This document shows, one piece after another, positions 38,445 through 50,102 of a DNA stretch of 64,000 bases. Position 1 is the first letter of the stretch. Every line of letters begins with the position of its first letter. Under the pieces are notes generated by a model. That model ran no database searches. It worked only from the letters and a program-made list of their open reading frames with translations, and was not told the origin of the DNA. The position numbers were made by a program, and so were the translations under genes. Origin of the DNA: Eledone cirrhosa (taxonomy: Eukaryota); contig OZ024742.1 of NCBI GenBank assembly GCA_964016885.1, forward strand, positions 170,252,001-170,316,000, read 5' to 3'.

Positions 38445-40033
38445 CATATATATACATACACTGTGGAGGAGTATTCTTTTCCTGTTGCTTCACATGATAC
38501 ACTTGACATATTTCTAATTAATCACACACATACACACAGGCTCTCTTTCATATAGTCACGTACATATGCAGACACACACACAACCACATACATATATGCT
38601 CATACACATACTGACTTCCCTGCACACACACCCACACATGTACACTTCCCTTCAAACAATCACACACACACACAAAGGCTCTTGTTGCTCAAGCTGATAT
38701 TTACATATATTTATGATTTATTACAAGAAATTTGAGCCATAATCTTATTACAATAATCTTCATATCTCAGAGTTGGCTTTTTAAGTCCTGTATTTTTTAA
38801 GAACTTTCTGTATCAACAGAAAAATGAAAGCATTTGTAGAATTTTTATTTCAATCTCAACATGGAAAGAAATCTGCTACATTTAAAGGATCTTCAACATG
38901 TTTTTACCCTCTTGTCATGCTGTTCTGTTTTTCTGTTAAAGATGGGAAACTTGGATTGAAAAAAAAAAAGCATTTCCAGCCAAAGATGGCACCGTTATGT
39001 GGTCAGTTGGTTACTAGAAATACTAGTAAAATCATGCACCTATGCAGTATAGCATGCTTATAAAAGGTTGGGATAGTCATGGCTGGAACACTTTTGGTTT
39101 TAAATCTGGACGACCAAACATATAATAGGATTGGATTGAGCTGAAATTAAACAGCATTTTAGAGTTTGTTGGGCAGAGTATTTCAGATTGTAGATCATTA
39201 TCAAATATTTACATCTCTTTTATGTTGACATGGGCTGGACGGTACTTTTTGAGGCATTGATTTATAGTGGAATACCCTTACTGATGCCAACTCAGTTGTT
39301 TGTTTCTTACATCCTGCTGGGATGCAGTGTACTTATTCTAAAACCTAGTCTACAGATGACTGCCCTATTTTCTTTAGTTCCTTTTGCTTCCTATGGAGCA
39401 TTGAGAGATGAGAGATCTTCATTTTTCATTGCATAGTTGAAAACCTTACCATTCTCTGAGGGAAAGAATATATCTGCCAGGTCTTCTGCAGATCTTGATG
39501 GGTCCTCTTTGCTTCCTACGCCCTTCATTTCTAGCTTCTATTTGAGGTCGTGGTGGTGCTGGACTCGCTGGTCTCTTGTTAACATGTGTGCCACATGGTC
39601 AAACATCTGCCATTATATGGTGATGGTATCATGTAGATTACTCAGTCGGATCCATTCCATTACCTCCATATTTATGGTGTGGTCACTCCAAGAAATCTTA
39701 TGTATAGTCCTAAGGTAATTTACATATAAGATATTCACAGTTGTGTAGATTCCATCTATAGATCTTTTTCCATGTCTCTCATGCATAAGTTGCTATTGGC
39801 TCAACGATTGATGTATACAGGTGGAGCTTTGTGTCTTGGGTAATGTATTTGGATTACACACACACAAGATTAAAGATGGTTTTCCGAAAGGGATAAGAAC
39901 AAAGCCACACTTAAATAAGGTACTCAATATGTTAGTAGAGAAGAAGCCTATTTACTTTATATAGAAATGACTTCTACAGGACTGTTTTTCATATGAAATC
40001 ATCAAGTATCTCACTGACATCCACAGACACAGG

Positions 40034-40080
<47 letters not shown>

Positions 40081-40198
40081 AGGTGAGTTTTATTGTAGAA
40101 CAATAAAGCAATGCAAATATCGGATAAGTAGCACTCAACAGTTTATAGGACTGGAGTAAAAATAATATAAAATCAAAAGATGGTTAAGAGTTCCATGT

Positions 40199-40267
40199 AT
40201 TTTATTATGCGCATTTCAAAAACAAATATCATCATGAGATGTTATTTGCGTTCTCATCAGATAAAAT
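40199..40267 (-). ncRNA. Type I hammerhead ribozyme (intact core)
   Basis: Minus strand: attttat-CTGATGA-gaacgcaaataacatc tcat gatgatatttgttttt-GAAA-tgcgca-TA-ataaaat. 7-bp stem I, long stem II, palindromic stem III. Confidence 0.85.
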
Positions 40268-41163
40268 AGGGAGACATGATATGAAGCTTAAAAAACACTT
40301 GTGAGCAGTGAAGTGTTAAATCAACATGAAAAATAAAATAAGATGGATATATAAGATTAGAAAAAAGGAAAGGAAGGGGGGAAGGAAAAGGTGAGGAAGA
40401 AAGAATATAGATAGAAGAAAAAAAAAATAATAAGGAAAGGATGATAGAGGAGGAGTATAAGAGAGGAGGAGAAAATGAGTGAGAGAGAGATAACCTTTAA
40501 TACTGAGAAACTCTGTCTCACAGAGAAAAATAATAAAAAAACCGTTGTAAGATAATACATAATTTAAAAATTAAGAAATTAAAAGTTAATGAGGTTTATG
40601 AATGGTGATGCTTATGATTAAAGAGAAAGGAATTAAGAATACTATTTATGTGCGAAAAGGCATTTATTAAAATGTATTATTCAAATAAAATATATTAAGA
40701 AGATAAGGTTAAATGAATTATGAACTTAGAGAAATTAATTAGGGTCCAAGTTTGTTTCTATATATTGTAATAGGAAAAAGTAAATAATAGATTTAATAGG
40801 AGCACGGAAGGAGAGAAGAAAGAAAAAATTCAAGGAAGAAAAAATATATAGCGTCAAAAAAATATGTTTACAAAATTTCTCTAATGGTAATATTAGTATA
40901 TATTAAAAATAAAAATGGGTATGGCCGAGAATATAAGGAAAATGCTATAGTGAGTTATAAGGTGAATTAAGAAGTAATTGAGAAGTAAAAGTTGCAGATT
41001 AAAGATTAGAAATTAAAAAAGAAGAAAATTAGGGGACCGCTAACGACATAGTATGAGTAATATTGTATAATATACTGAAATAAGGTAGAAAGATGGGTAT
41101 ATTTATAAAATATATAAAAGTGTTTCAGAAAAAAAGATTTTAAACTAATTAGGTAGTAAGATA

Positions 41164-41550
41164 TTAGCTGTATACTTTATGGAAAGTTCTATGGGATTTA
41201 TGCAAGCAGAGCGAAAATAAATCCGTACGTCTATTTATTATAGAATTAAAATTAGAGATAATGGTAAATTTCTCCGCTAGGCAGAGATTACATGTTCAAG
41301 ATAGGGAAGAATTAAGGTAAGGAGAGGCGTTGCAAACCTTCCTCCAAGAAATGTTGTAGTTAATATTTTTGTCCTTTAAGGACCATATGAGTTCTGAGAG
41401 TGCTGTGTTAGTTCTTTTAAGTTGGTATTTAAAAGAGGAATTGTGATTATAAAATCTTGCTTTAAAGTAAGTGGAAGTGGAACCAAAATAGGTAAAAGAA
41501 TTGGTACCAGTTATAACCTTACATTCATACACTAAATTTTTATCAAGCAA
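41164..41550 (-). pseudogene. PLE GIY-YIG endonuclease C-terminal domain with one in-frame TGA
   Basis: LVYECKV...TYFGST...FKARFYNHNSSF...TALSELIW. The frame continues past the TGA (41296-41298) as TCNLCLAEK...INRRTDLFSLCLHK to a TAA at 41164. Confidence 0.85.
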
Positions 41551-42205
41551 TTGACAGACTTGATTGGAATCTTTATTTTGAATTCTTTAAATCGGAAAAT
41601 TCCTCAACTTCGCGGTGGAATATATCGTGACGATGCCCTTTTTGCTGTCTTAAACTGTAACTTAGTTAACCTTAATATTATTAAGAATAATATACTTGAT
41701 CTATTTAAGCAACATAACCTAAAAATTGAATTTGAAAACAACGTCAAACTAGCTAACTTCCTGGATATATCCCTTAATCTTGACACCGGCCTATACTATC
41801 CTTACCATAAAGACAATGAGAATCTAAATTATGTTAATTTTAAATCTAACCACCCTATTAACGTTAAAAATGCTACAGTTAGTAATGTTGAAAAAAGAAT
41901 CTCAAATCTATCTTCTAATAAACTTATCTTTGACGCTAAAGCCAATTATTACAACAATGCGTTTTCCAGAGCCGGTTATCCTGACAAAATTAAATACAGT
42001 AAAGAAACCAATCATCGAGGAACTTATAGTAATATAGTTACTTATAAGCATTCCAATAACATAAAGAAAAGACCTAGATATAAAAATATGATTTGGTACA
42101 ACGCTCCTTTTTCTCTATTATTAATATTCCTAAACTATTTTTTAGGGCCTTAGATAAATGCTTCCCTCCTTCACATATTTATAGTAAGATCTTTAATAAG
42201 CAACT
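41551..42205 (+). pseudogene. PLE reverse transcriptase C-terminal half plus linker
   Basis: GIYRDD, NFLDISLNL, SNHP, RISNLSS, AGY, IWYNAPFS, then frameshifted LDKCFPPSHIYSKIFNK. Confidence 0.9.
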
Positions 42206-42888
42206 TTTTTTAATTTTTTATTTTTTTTATTTCTTATCTTTAATCTGCAACTTTTACTTCTCAATTACTTCTTAATTCATCTTATAACTCACTATAGCAT
42301 TTTCCTTATTCTCGGCCATACAAATCTTTATTTTTAATATATACTAATATTACCATTAGAGAAATTTTGTAAACATATTTTTTTGACGTTATATATTTTT
42401 TCTTTCTTCTCTCTTTCCGTGCTCCTATTAAATCTATTATTTACTTTTTCCTATTACAATATATAGAAACAAACTTAGACCCTAATTAATTCCTCTAAGT
42501 TCATAATTCATTCACCTTATCTTCATTCACCTTATCTTAATATATTTTATTTTAATAATACATTTTAATAAATGCCTTTTCGCACATCTTATTAAACCCT
42601 TCAATATATAAACCTTAAATAAATAGTATTCTTAATTCCTTTCTCTTTAATCATAAGCATCACCATTCATAAACCTCATTAACTTTTAATTTTTAAATTA
42701 TGTATTATCTTACAACGGTTTTTAAAAATATTTTTTCTTCTATCTATATTCTTTCTTCCTCACCTTTTCCTTCCCCCCTTCCTTTCCTTTTTTCCAATCT
42801 CATATATCCATCTTATTTTATTTTTCATATGTTGATTTAACACTTCACTGCTCGCAAGTGTTTTTTAAGCTTCATATCACGTTTCCCT

Positions 42889-42957
42889 ATTTTATCTGAT
42901 GAGAACGCAAATATCATCCCATGATGATATTTGTTTTTGAAATGCGCATAATAAAAT
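42889..42957 (+). ncRNA. Type I hammerhead ribozyme (intact core)
   Basis: attttat-CTGATGA-gaacgcaaatatcatc ccat gatgatatttgttttt-GAAA-tgcgca-TA-ataaaat; predicted cleavage after A42950. Confidence 0.88.
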
Positions 42958-42984
42958 GCATGGAACTCTTTTAACCATCTTTTG

Positions 42985-43023
<39 letters not shown>

Positions 43024-43171
43024 ATGCTTTGGGAGGGTCATGTTGCCAATAAGAAACACACGCACCAGTCGCTTTCACTCCAAATTATTGTAAATTAAAT
43101 TTATAAATTTAAGAATTTATAAATTTCCGATTGGTTGGTTGGTTCCATAACCGGACGGTTGTTCATATATT

Positions 43172-43214
43172 GTCAAAGTTCTTTCGTCACACATTCTGTG
43201 ACCTCTTCAGTGAC
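43172..43214 (-). ncRNA. Minimal type I hammerhead ribozyme motif (intact core)
   Basis: Minus strand: gtca-CTGAAGA-g-gtcaca gaatg tgtgac-GAAA-gaac-TT-tgac. Confidence 0.7.
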
Positions 43215-43282
43215 TGGGGATTCTTTTCTATGTTTCGAGCCTCTCCATTGTTCTGTCCTACGCCATCTTGTTTTTGTGACCC

Positions 43283-43323
43283 CATTGAAGAGGTCACAGA
43301 ATGTGTGACGAAAGAACTTTGTC
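43283..43323 (+). ncRNA. Hammerhead motif, mutated copy
   Basis: ca-TTGAAGA-g-gtcaca gaatg tgtgac-GAAA-gaac-TT-tg; C3 changed and stem I truncated. Confidence 0.5.
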
Positions 43324-43532
43324 AATATATGAACAACCGTCCGGTTATGGAACCAACCTATCAACCGGAAATTTATAAATTCTTAATTTTATAAATTTTA
43401 TTTATAATAATTTGGAGTGAAAGCGCTGGTGCGTGTGTTTCTTATTGGTAACATGACCCTCCCAAAGCATAACAATATCGGTTTCAACACACGTTTTCAG
43501 ATAAAGAATCTTGCTAAACAAATTCAGAAACG

Positions 43533-43609
<77 letters not shown>

Positions 43610-43610
<1 letters not shown>

Positions 43611-43790
43611 GATATTAACAAATGGAAACTATATTTATAAAACTATATTTATTTCATTATACATATTTCAAGTATAAATATAGTTTCCATTTGTTAATAT
43701 CGTATTTTTACTCCAAATATTTGTTGAGTGCTTTATATCAGTTATAAAAATATTTCCTTGTTGTATCCCAACAATTTAAATAGAACTTTT
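43610..43790. mobile_element. Short PLE terminus with a 30-bp perfect inverted repeat, between (TA)n tracts
   Basis: 43610-43639 pairs with 43673-43702. The loop holds the 3' half of a hammerhead (minus strand cttGAAAtatgtaTAatgaaat). The tail tttttactcca...gttgagtgc resembles 40131-40162. Confidence 0.65.
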
Positions 43791-44049
43791 ACATATATAT
43801 ATATATATATATTCGCATGCCAACATAAGAGCAAGAATGAAGTGTTCATTCTACTGACATGGCTATAAAATTGAGACTTATTTGCAAAATTGCAAACGAA
43901 TCGAATGCTATTATTAATATTCGAGGTTAACTTTGCCTTTCATCCTTACGGGGTCGATAAAATAAAGTACCAGTAATGTCCTGGATAATTGATGGCCTTG
44001 TGCCTAATGTAGAAACAATTATTAATATTCGAAAAGCTCAGATTACATT

Positions 44050-44083
<34 letters not shown>

Positions 44084-44793
44084 GTATGTTTTGTCTCCAA
44101 CATTCCGCTCACGAGTTTATAGTAGAAGACCCCCCCCCCCCAGGTGCAACACAACTGAATCCAGAAAGCACGTGGTTGCGAATCGAACTTCTAAACGTTC
44201 CTCATGCTCTGCATCTATATCCTATCATTCGCTAAACAAAACCTATCTTGAATGCTCTCTCTCACATCCTATCATTGTGTGTATATCTTTTACAAACTGA
44301 TTCCTTCTTCCCCCAATCGTAAGCAACCCTACCGTGATGCATACACAGACACTCACTCCCTGTCCCGTTTAATGCTGATTCAGTGGCTATCAAACATTTA
44401 AAAAACCTTTATTACTAGAAATTTCAGTGTAAAGAAATGCACCGTCACATTTCTGATGTCACCCAATTAAAGAAGTAACATATTTAACAAAATGTTATTA
44501 ATTCATCTTCTCCCACCCTCTAACTCGTAATTCTGAGATGTTCTTCCTTATTGAGACTGCTTTATATTCGACTCCTCTACAATGAAACTGTAAACATTTT
44601 TTTCTTTCATATATTCAAAATGAGTTCATTTCCTGGCCAGCCCAGCTGAACAATGAATGAATATATATATATATTCATTTTATTAACGCTAGATAGTGAG
44701 TCTAGCTACTCTAGAGTAACAAGATTTTATTAAGGGTAAATAGCCTTAATAAAATGAATATTTAAACTCTACTTCAGTATCGAGTACTCTTTT

Positions 44794-44837
<44 letters not shown>

Positions 44838-44848
44838 ACACACCACAC

Positions 44849-44879
<31 letters not shown>

Positions 44880-46259
44880 ATTTCAATCATATATTTCTTA
44901 TTGATACTCGTTACTTACACACACGACGAAATCCTGTAAAATACCCCCCATGAGACAGAAAGTAGAAAGTAAGTGCATCCGAGAGTGCGAGGTTCGTGTC
45001 TCCGTAGCGACTACTATACCCGTCCCTACAGATATGTTGCCCGGTTTTCTAAGCTATTATTTATAGTGTTTGTTTTAGCGCGTACGTGCGTGTGCAGACA
45101 TAACACATTCCCATAGACAAGTACCAAGATTTGTTACTGTCTCAGCGTAATAGTTATTTCCCCCCCCACTTCGGAACGTTTCCTTATAAACTGTTCTGTG
45201 TGAAAATAAATAAATAAATAAAAGAAACTACACATGATTTAGTCAATGTTTTAGATTATTTTGGCAAAGAACTATCTTCAATATTCAGTCTATTATTAGC
45301 ATGACAACCGTACCTATCCTGTCCTTATCTCACTTTCTCACCCGCTACATCCCGCAGATTTCTTCATTCAAAAGCCCCGTTGCTGCTCAATGCATACATA
45401 CTTCCACGGTGAAGAGTGAGGAATATGTCTGCCCCCTAAACTATTGCTTACATTTTATTTTCCTCACATAGCAGATAATATATACGTATATATATATATT
45501 TATTTATTTCTGTTCTTCTCTCAACCCTACCCTCTGCGTTCTGTCATATATATAAATACACAGACATTGATGCAAGTACATTATTTAGTAGTACACCCCT
45601 CCCCCTTCAGTGGGTTGGGATAACACAAATTTCGAGTTGTTTTTTTTAAAAGTTATACGTATATATTTCAAATGTCGGTACATCTGTTAAAAAGTTAGTC
45701 TAGCTACTTCAGTATTTTTCTGGCTATGAGTTTATGTGGTCAATAAAAGAAATCATTATCAACTTTGCCTTTCATCCTTCCGGAGTCGAAAAAAATAATG
45801 TACCAGTCAAATACTTTACTCTTCACCCACAAAAGTGGTGGTCTTGTGCCAAAATTAGAAACAATTATTAGAGCGTCGTTCGGCCCTCGTGGCCAATAAA
45901 GAAAGAATTATTAGAGCGTCGGACATGCTTTGCAACCTATAGTTACGGCCCTTTACATTCTGAGTTCAAATCCAGCCTACATCAACTTCATCCTTCCTGA
46001 GTCGATAAAATAAAGTACCAGTCGTGTACAGGAGTCGATATAATCAACTTTCCCCTCCCCAAATTGCTGGCCTTGTGCTAGTGTTAGAAAGAATTATTAT
46101 TTCTTTCATTTTTCCAGGGGTCAATAAATAAGGTACCAGCCAAATACTGGTTATATATTTAATCTACTTTCCCCGATTCCCCATAAATTGCTGGCCTTGT
46201 GCCTAAATTAAATACCATCATTATTTTCTTCTCCTTCCCCGCCTTCTATTCCTTTCCCT

Positions 46260-46790
46260 TTCGTTTGTTCCTTCTTCCCGCCGTCGCCGTTGTCAGCCTC
46301 ACCCCTACTTGTTGTGTGACCGTTCTCAGCGCGCATCTGCCATCATTAATGCCGCGCCGTTCCCCCCTCGCTCGCTGGAGTCGCAGCTGCGGCACTACAT
46401 ACAGCAGTGGTAGTAGTAGTAGTACTTACAACTAGAGACAGACACTGTAAACAACATTGTGTTGCTACTGACAGATAAGTGAGCACTTCCAACTAACACC
46501 ACGCCATCAGGCCGCTTATACTTGACACCACACAACAACCACGACGACCTGTGGAAGGAAGGAAGCCAGGACATATTCCCCCTTGCTTCTAAATCAGCCA
46601 TTTACCTTATATTTAAACTGAGCTGCTACCATGGCGAATATCCTCTCATCTGCTTATAGTATAGTTTGAACGTCCCGTTTGATTTTTTTTTAAACTCTCC
46701 AGTTGAAGGAATATTTACCTGGAAATATTACTTTGCTGTGACGTCTGGTTGCTTTACCCGTTGCATGTCATCATGGCTTGGTTCAAGAAG
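46260..46790 (+). promoter_or_regulatory. CpG-rich candidate promoter and first exon ending in ATG GCT TGG TTC AAG AAG|gtatgt
   Basis: Highest local CpG/GC density in apparently unique sequence (46260-46400); Kozak-like atcATGG at 46773; strong donor AAG|GTATGT at 46790/46791. No downstream exon identified. Confidence 0.35.
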
Positions 46791-49719
46791 GTATGTATCT
46801 ATGTATACACCACATTCATCCATGGTCAGTGGGTTCCATTCTCCGGACATATATACCACAAATAATTCTGCATTTCATCTGATACCACACACACACACAC
46901 ACACACACACAGATGTATGTACAAATACATGAATGTATTTTGCACATACACACATAGATGTACAAATATATTAACGTATTTTGCACACAGTTACAGCAAC
47001 ATACACGCATAAATGAATGTGTAAATACAGACACATACACAGCAACACAATACACACGTGAGTGTATGAATATTTTAATGTATTTTGTACACGCTCACAC
47101 ATACACATAGATATATGAATGTATTTTTCCATATACACAAATGACTATAAATATATTAGTGTAAATGTGAATATATTTTACTCACACACAAATGACTATA
47201 AATATATTTTCTTTCTAAGTACGTTTATTTAGTAAAATGGTGCTGTAAATATATCGATGAGTGAGTCGTTGGTAGATATCTTGTTTTTGATAATTAAAGT
47301 CGCTATTTTTTTAATATAAAGCATGTAGTAAGCTAAAGGCTTTGTAAGTTAGTAAGACATTGGTCGTAGTAGCTGATGTGTTTTATTAATTCCCTTTTTG
47401 CCGTGAATGAGGAGGAAATATGAAACATTTGAAATACTCATGACTATTGTCAGTTAGTCAGTAGTCGGCTTTTATATAAATATATATATATATAAAGTGT
47501 GTTTAGTTCGAGATTAAAAAAGACAAAACACTGTTACAAATCTTATTAGTTTCACGCTTGTAAAAGGAAATACACACACATACAAATGAAGTGACTAAGC
47601 TGATCCTTCGAAGTCACTGCTACTATTCTACTTATTAAATGCTTGAATGTTCTAAGCACTAGTGTATTTTAAACACTCATTCATTCATATAGATATGTAT
47701 TGTAACCTTATGTTCTTAGATATATGTAGTGTGTATATACACACACATATATACATACACACACAAGTATGTCTATATGTTATGCGTCTTAAAAATTTTA
47801 TTTCGATATCTTGGATGTGGATTTCCGGTCTGTTTCCATACATGCCAGCTGTATATCTTTGTCATTTCATATTTTACTCACTGCACTTAACTACTACCAC
47901 TAAATATCGCTGAATGTACTCTCAAGATGTCAAATCTTGTATACAATCTACATGCATATACATACATATATGCACATGCGTACATATATACACATACGTA
48001 TACACGTGCATGCATATACATACTTATTACTTATATACATACATATCCATATGTACATACGTACACACATATCCTGCTCTCATCTTCATGTGGCCAAAGC
48101 AGCAATAGAATGGCGTGTTTTATTTGAAGCAGTTTTGCAATGCTTAGCTTTCTCTCTTTTGGTGGCTTCTAGAAATTGACTAACATATACATTATTATTA
48201 AAGTACTATTAACCTACTTCCATTATGTATATCTTACATCCCTACCATACAGCCAACATATCATTGTCGGAAAATTAATGGACGTGTAATGGAAACACTG
48301 GAATTCTCCTCTCTCATCTTGTCACGGTATTCCCGACAGTTCTTTGGTATAATTTCGTCCACATTTTCAAGAGTGGCTGCCATTCTTTTAAATATTTTAA
48401 TACCTTAAAAGCAAAATCTTGGTCTAATCTCCAGTGACGTAACTTGCTTCTCTTCTAGGTGCTTCTTCCACTACAATGGCAGTCAGTCTCTCTTTCCCTG
48501 TGTCCTTTATCTATTAGAGTGTGTTATATATCTAGCATGACATCTTTACTAACTGGATTTTTAGTAAATATGAAAGGGGTGAATGTTTGATAGCTGCAGT
48601 TGAACCTAAAACAGTCACCTGTGTGTTGCATTCAGTGTGCATGAAGCTAGCAACATCCACAACATTCACCTTTCTCTCTCTCTCTCTCTCTCACTATTAG
48701 ACATGGCAACTGCTCGCAGAAATATTTATTACTACTGCAGTTGTCATTCTGACTTACCAGTCTGCCTTGCATTTGGCAAGAATTACAGTTGCTCACACTC
48801 AGTCATAATTACCCATTTATAATTACGTTTATTATTACTATTATTATCATCCTATGGGATTTTTAGAGTCTCTTTGTTCCGCCGCTTCATCCCCATCCTT
48901 TTCTATATATCTTGTTCCAGATCTTTTGTTTTTGCGCTCCTGTCATGCAGAGAAAGATTTCATCTCGTATTAAAATGTCCCACTACACTAAGCATCACAC
49001 AAACACTACCGGCTGGAATGTTTCAAATGGAAGAATCTAATACTATATTAACCACTAATACACTACAGTACATATATATATATGTGTGTGTATATATATA
49101 TATATAGGTAATTCCTCGTTATAATGTATAGTAACTAACCCGCCTCCCACTACCTATTCATTTTTTCCTAGGAATTAACGAGAGTAGAGCCTCTACATGG
49201 TCGTTAGACCTGTTAGAAATAACAGCAAAATCTACTTTAAATCATACATTCTCCCTCTCTACACACAAATGTATTGAATAATGCAATCCTACACACTGTC
49301 TGAAAAAAGACTGGATGGTCATGGCCGAAACGCATCCGATTATAGGTCTTCTCAATCAGTAGTGCCTACATAGGGAAGGAACAACCACTCGTTCATTTTG
49401 CTTATCAGTGTGGGCCGATATATTATTGATTTTGTTAATCACCCCACTAGAATAAGGATTGATCAATGTAACCGATTACTCATTTCTACAATCATAGGAA
49501 ATTATTCGTTTTTATTCAATAAGCCACATCTTTATTTTATTTTGTAAACCGGGGTATATTCGCGCGTACGTGATTAAGCTTTGTTTTAACGTGTGTGACT
49601 CCTAGCATGTGGTTATTCTCGCGTGTATATAATTATAATTGTGTGTGCGCGTGTGTATATATATGTATTCATCTGTACACACACACACCTCGCTCGCTCT
49701 CTCTCTGCAGATGTTATAT

Positions 49720-49917
49720 TTAATTTAAAAAATGTCATAACTGATATAAAGCACTCAACAGGAGGCTCCAACCGTTAAGGTTGTCTTTTTTTCCGGGTAT
49801 GTCAATATTTATTTATAAAACAAATCTGTATTTTATCTGATGAAAGCGCACCATAATATGCCTTGGCCCTTGAAGTATATGTATAATAAAATAAATATAG
49901 TTTCCATTTATTAATAT

Positions 49918-49920
<3 letters not shown>
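49720..49920 (+). mobile_element. Short non-coding PLE-derived unit (inverted tail plus hammerhead) next to (TA)n
   Basis: ataactgatataaagcactcaaca is the reverse complement of 43722-43745; aatatagtttccattt.ttaatat matches 43677-43700. Confidence 0.65.
49829..49893 (+). ncRNA. Type I hammerhead ribozyme (GAAA>GAAG variant)
   Basis: tattttat-CTGATGA-aagcgcacca...tggccctt-GAAG-tatatgta-TA-ataaaata. Perfect 8-bp stem I, imperfect stem II. Confidence 0.7.
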
Positions 49921-49921
<1 letters not shown>

Positions 49922-49948
<27 letters not shown>

Positions 49949-50004
49949 AAGCTTGTATATGTCCCGATATATAGATATATATATATATAAGCTTGTATAT
50001 GTCC

Positions 50005-50049
<45 letters not shown>

Positions 50050-50063
50050 CTTGTGTATGTCCC

Positions 50064-50095
<32 letters not shown>
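49922..50095. repeat. (TA)n interrupted by three copies of agcttgtatatgtcccga
   Basis: Direct repeats at about 49950, 49990 and 50048. Confidence 0.85.

Positions 50096-50102
<7 letters not shown>

Larger units (their letters stand above)
40079..42989. mobile_element. Rearranged Penelope-like element with ~800-bp inverted pseudo-LTRs, each carrying a hammerhead ribozyme
   Basis: 40163-41020 is the reverse complement (with indels) of 42215-42990. The core has an endonuclease on the minus strand and an RT on the plus strand diverging from 41550/41551. Flanked by (TA)n on both sides. Confidence 0.9.
43020..43474. mobile_element. Non-coding fold-back element (~190-bp arms) with one hammerhead motif per arm; probably inverted PLE pseudo-LTRs
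   Basis: 43020-43212 is the reverse complement of 43283-43474; follows a (TA)n tract; homologous to 33435-33777. Confidence 0.8.

Noticed and set aside
41296-41298. In-frame TGA in the PLE endonuclease as possible selenocysteine (as in Naiad PLEs)
   Set aside because: The TGA is two codons before CNLC at a position where a basic residue fits, so CGA>TGA decay is simpler. The EN is C-terminal, unlike Naiad, and I saw no SECIS.
43475-43508. Additional hammerhead-like string on the minus strand (CTGAAAA cgtgtgtt GAAA ccga TA)
   Set aside because: G8 is mutated, stem II is poor and the 3' strand of stem I is absent.
46395-46500. Possible microRNA hairpin around ggtagtagtagtag
   Set aside because: It is only a short (AGT)n run with superficial similarity to let-7; there is no matching mature sequence or complementary arm.
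46395-46601. 68-aa minus-strand ORF with flanking acceptor- and donor-like sites
   Set aside because: No recognisable protein features. It overlaps the candidate plus-strand 5' UTR and cannot be supported without transcripts.
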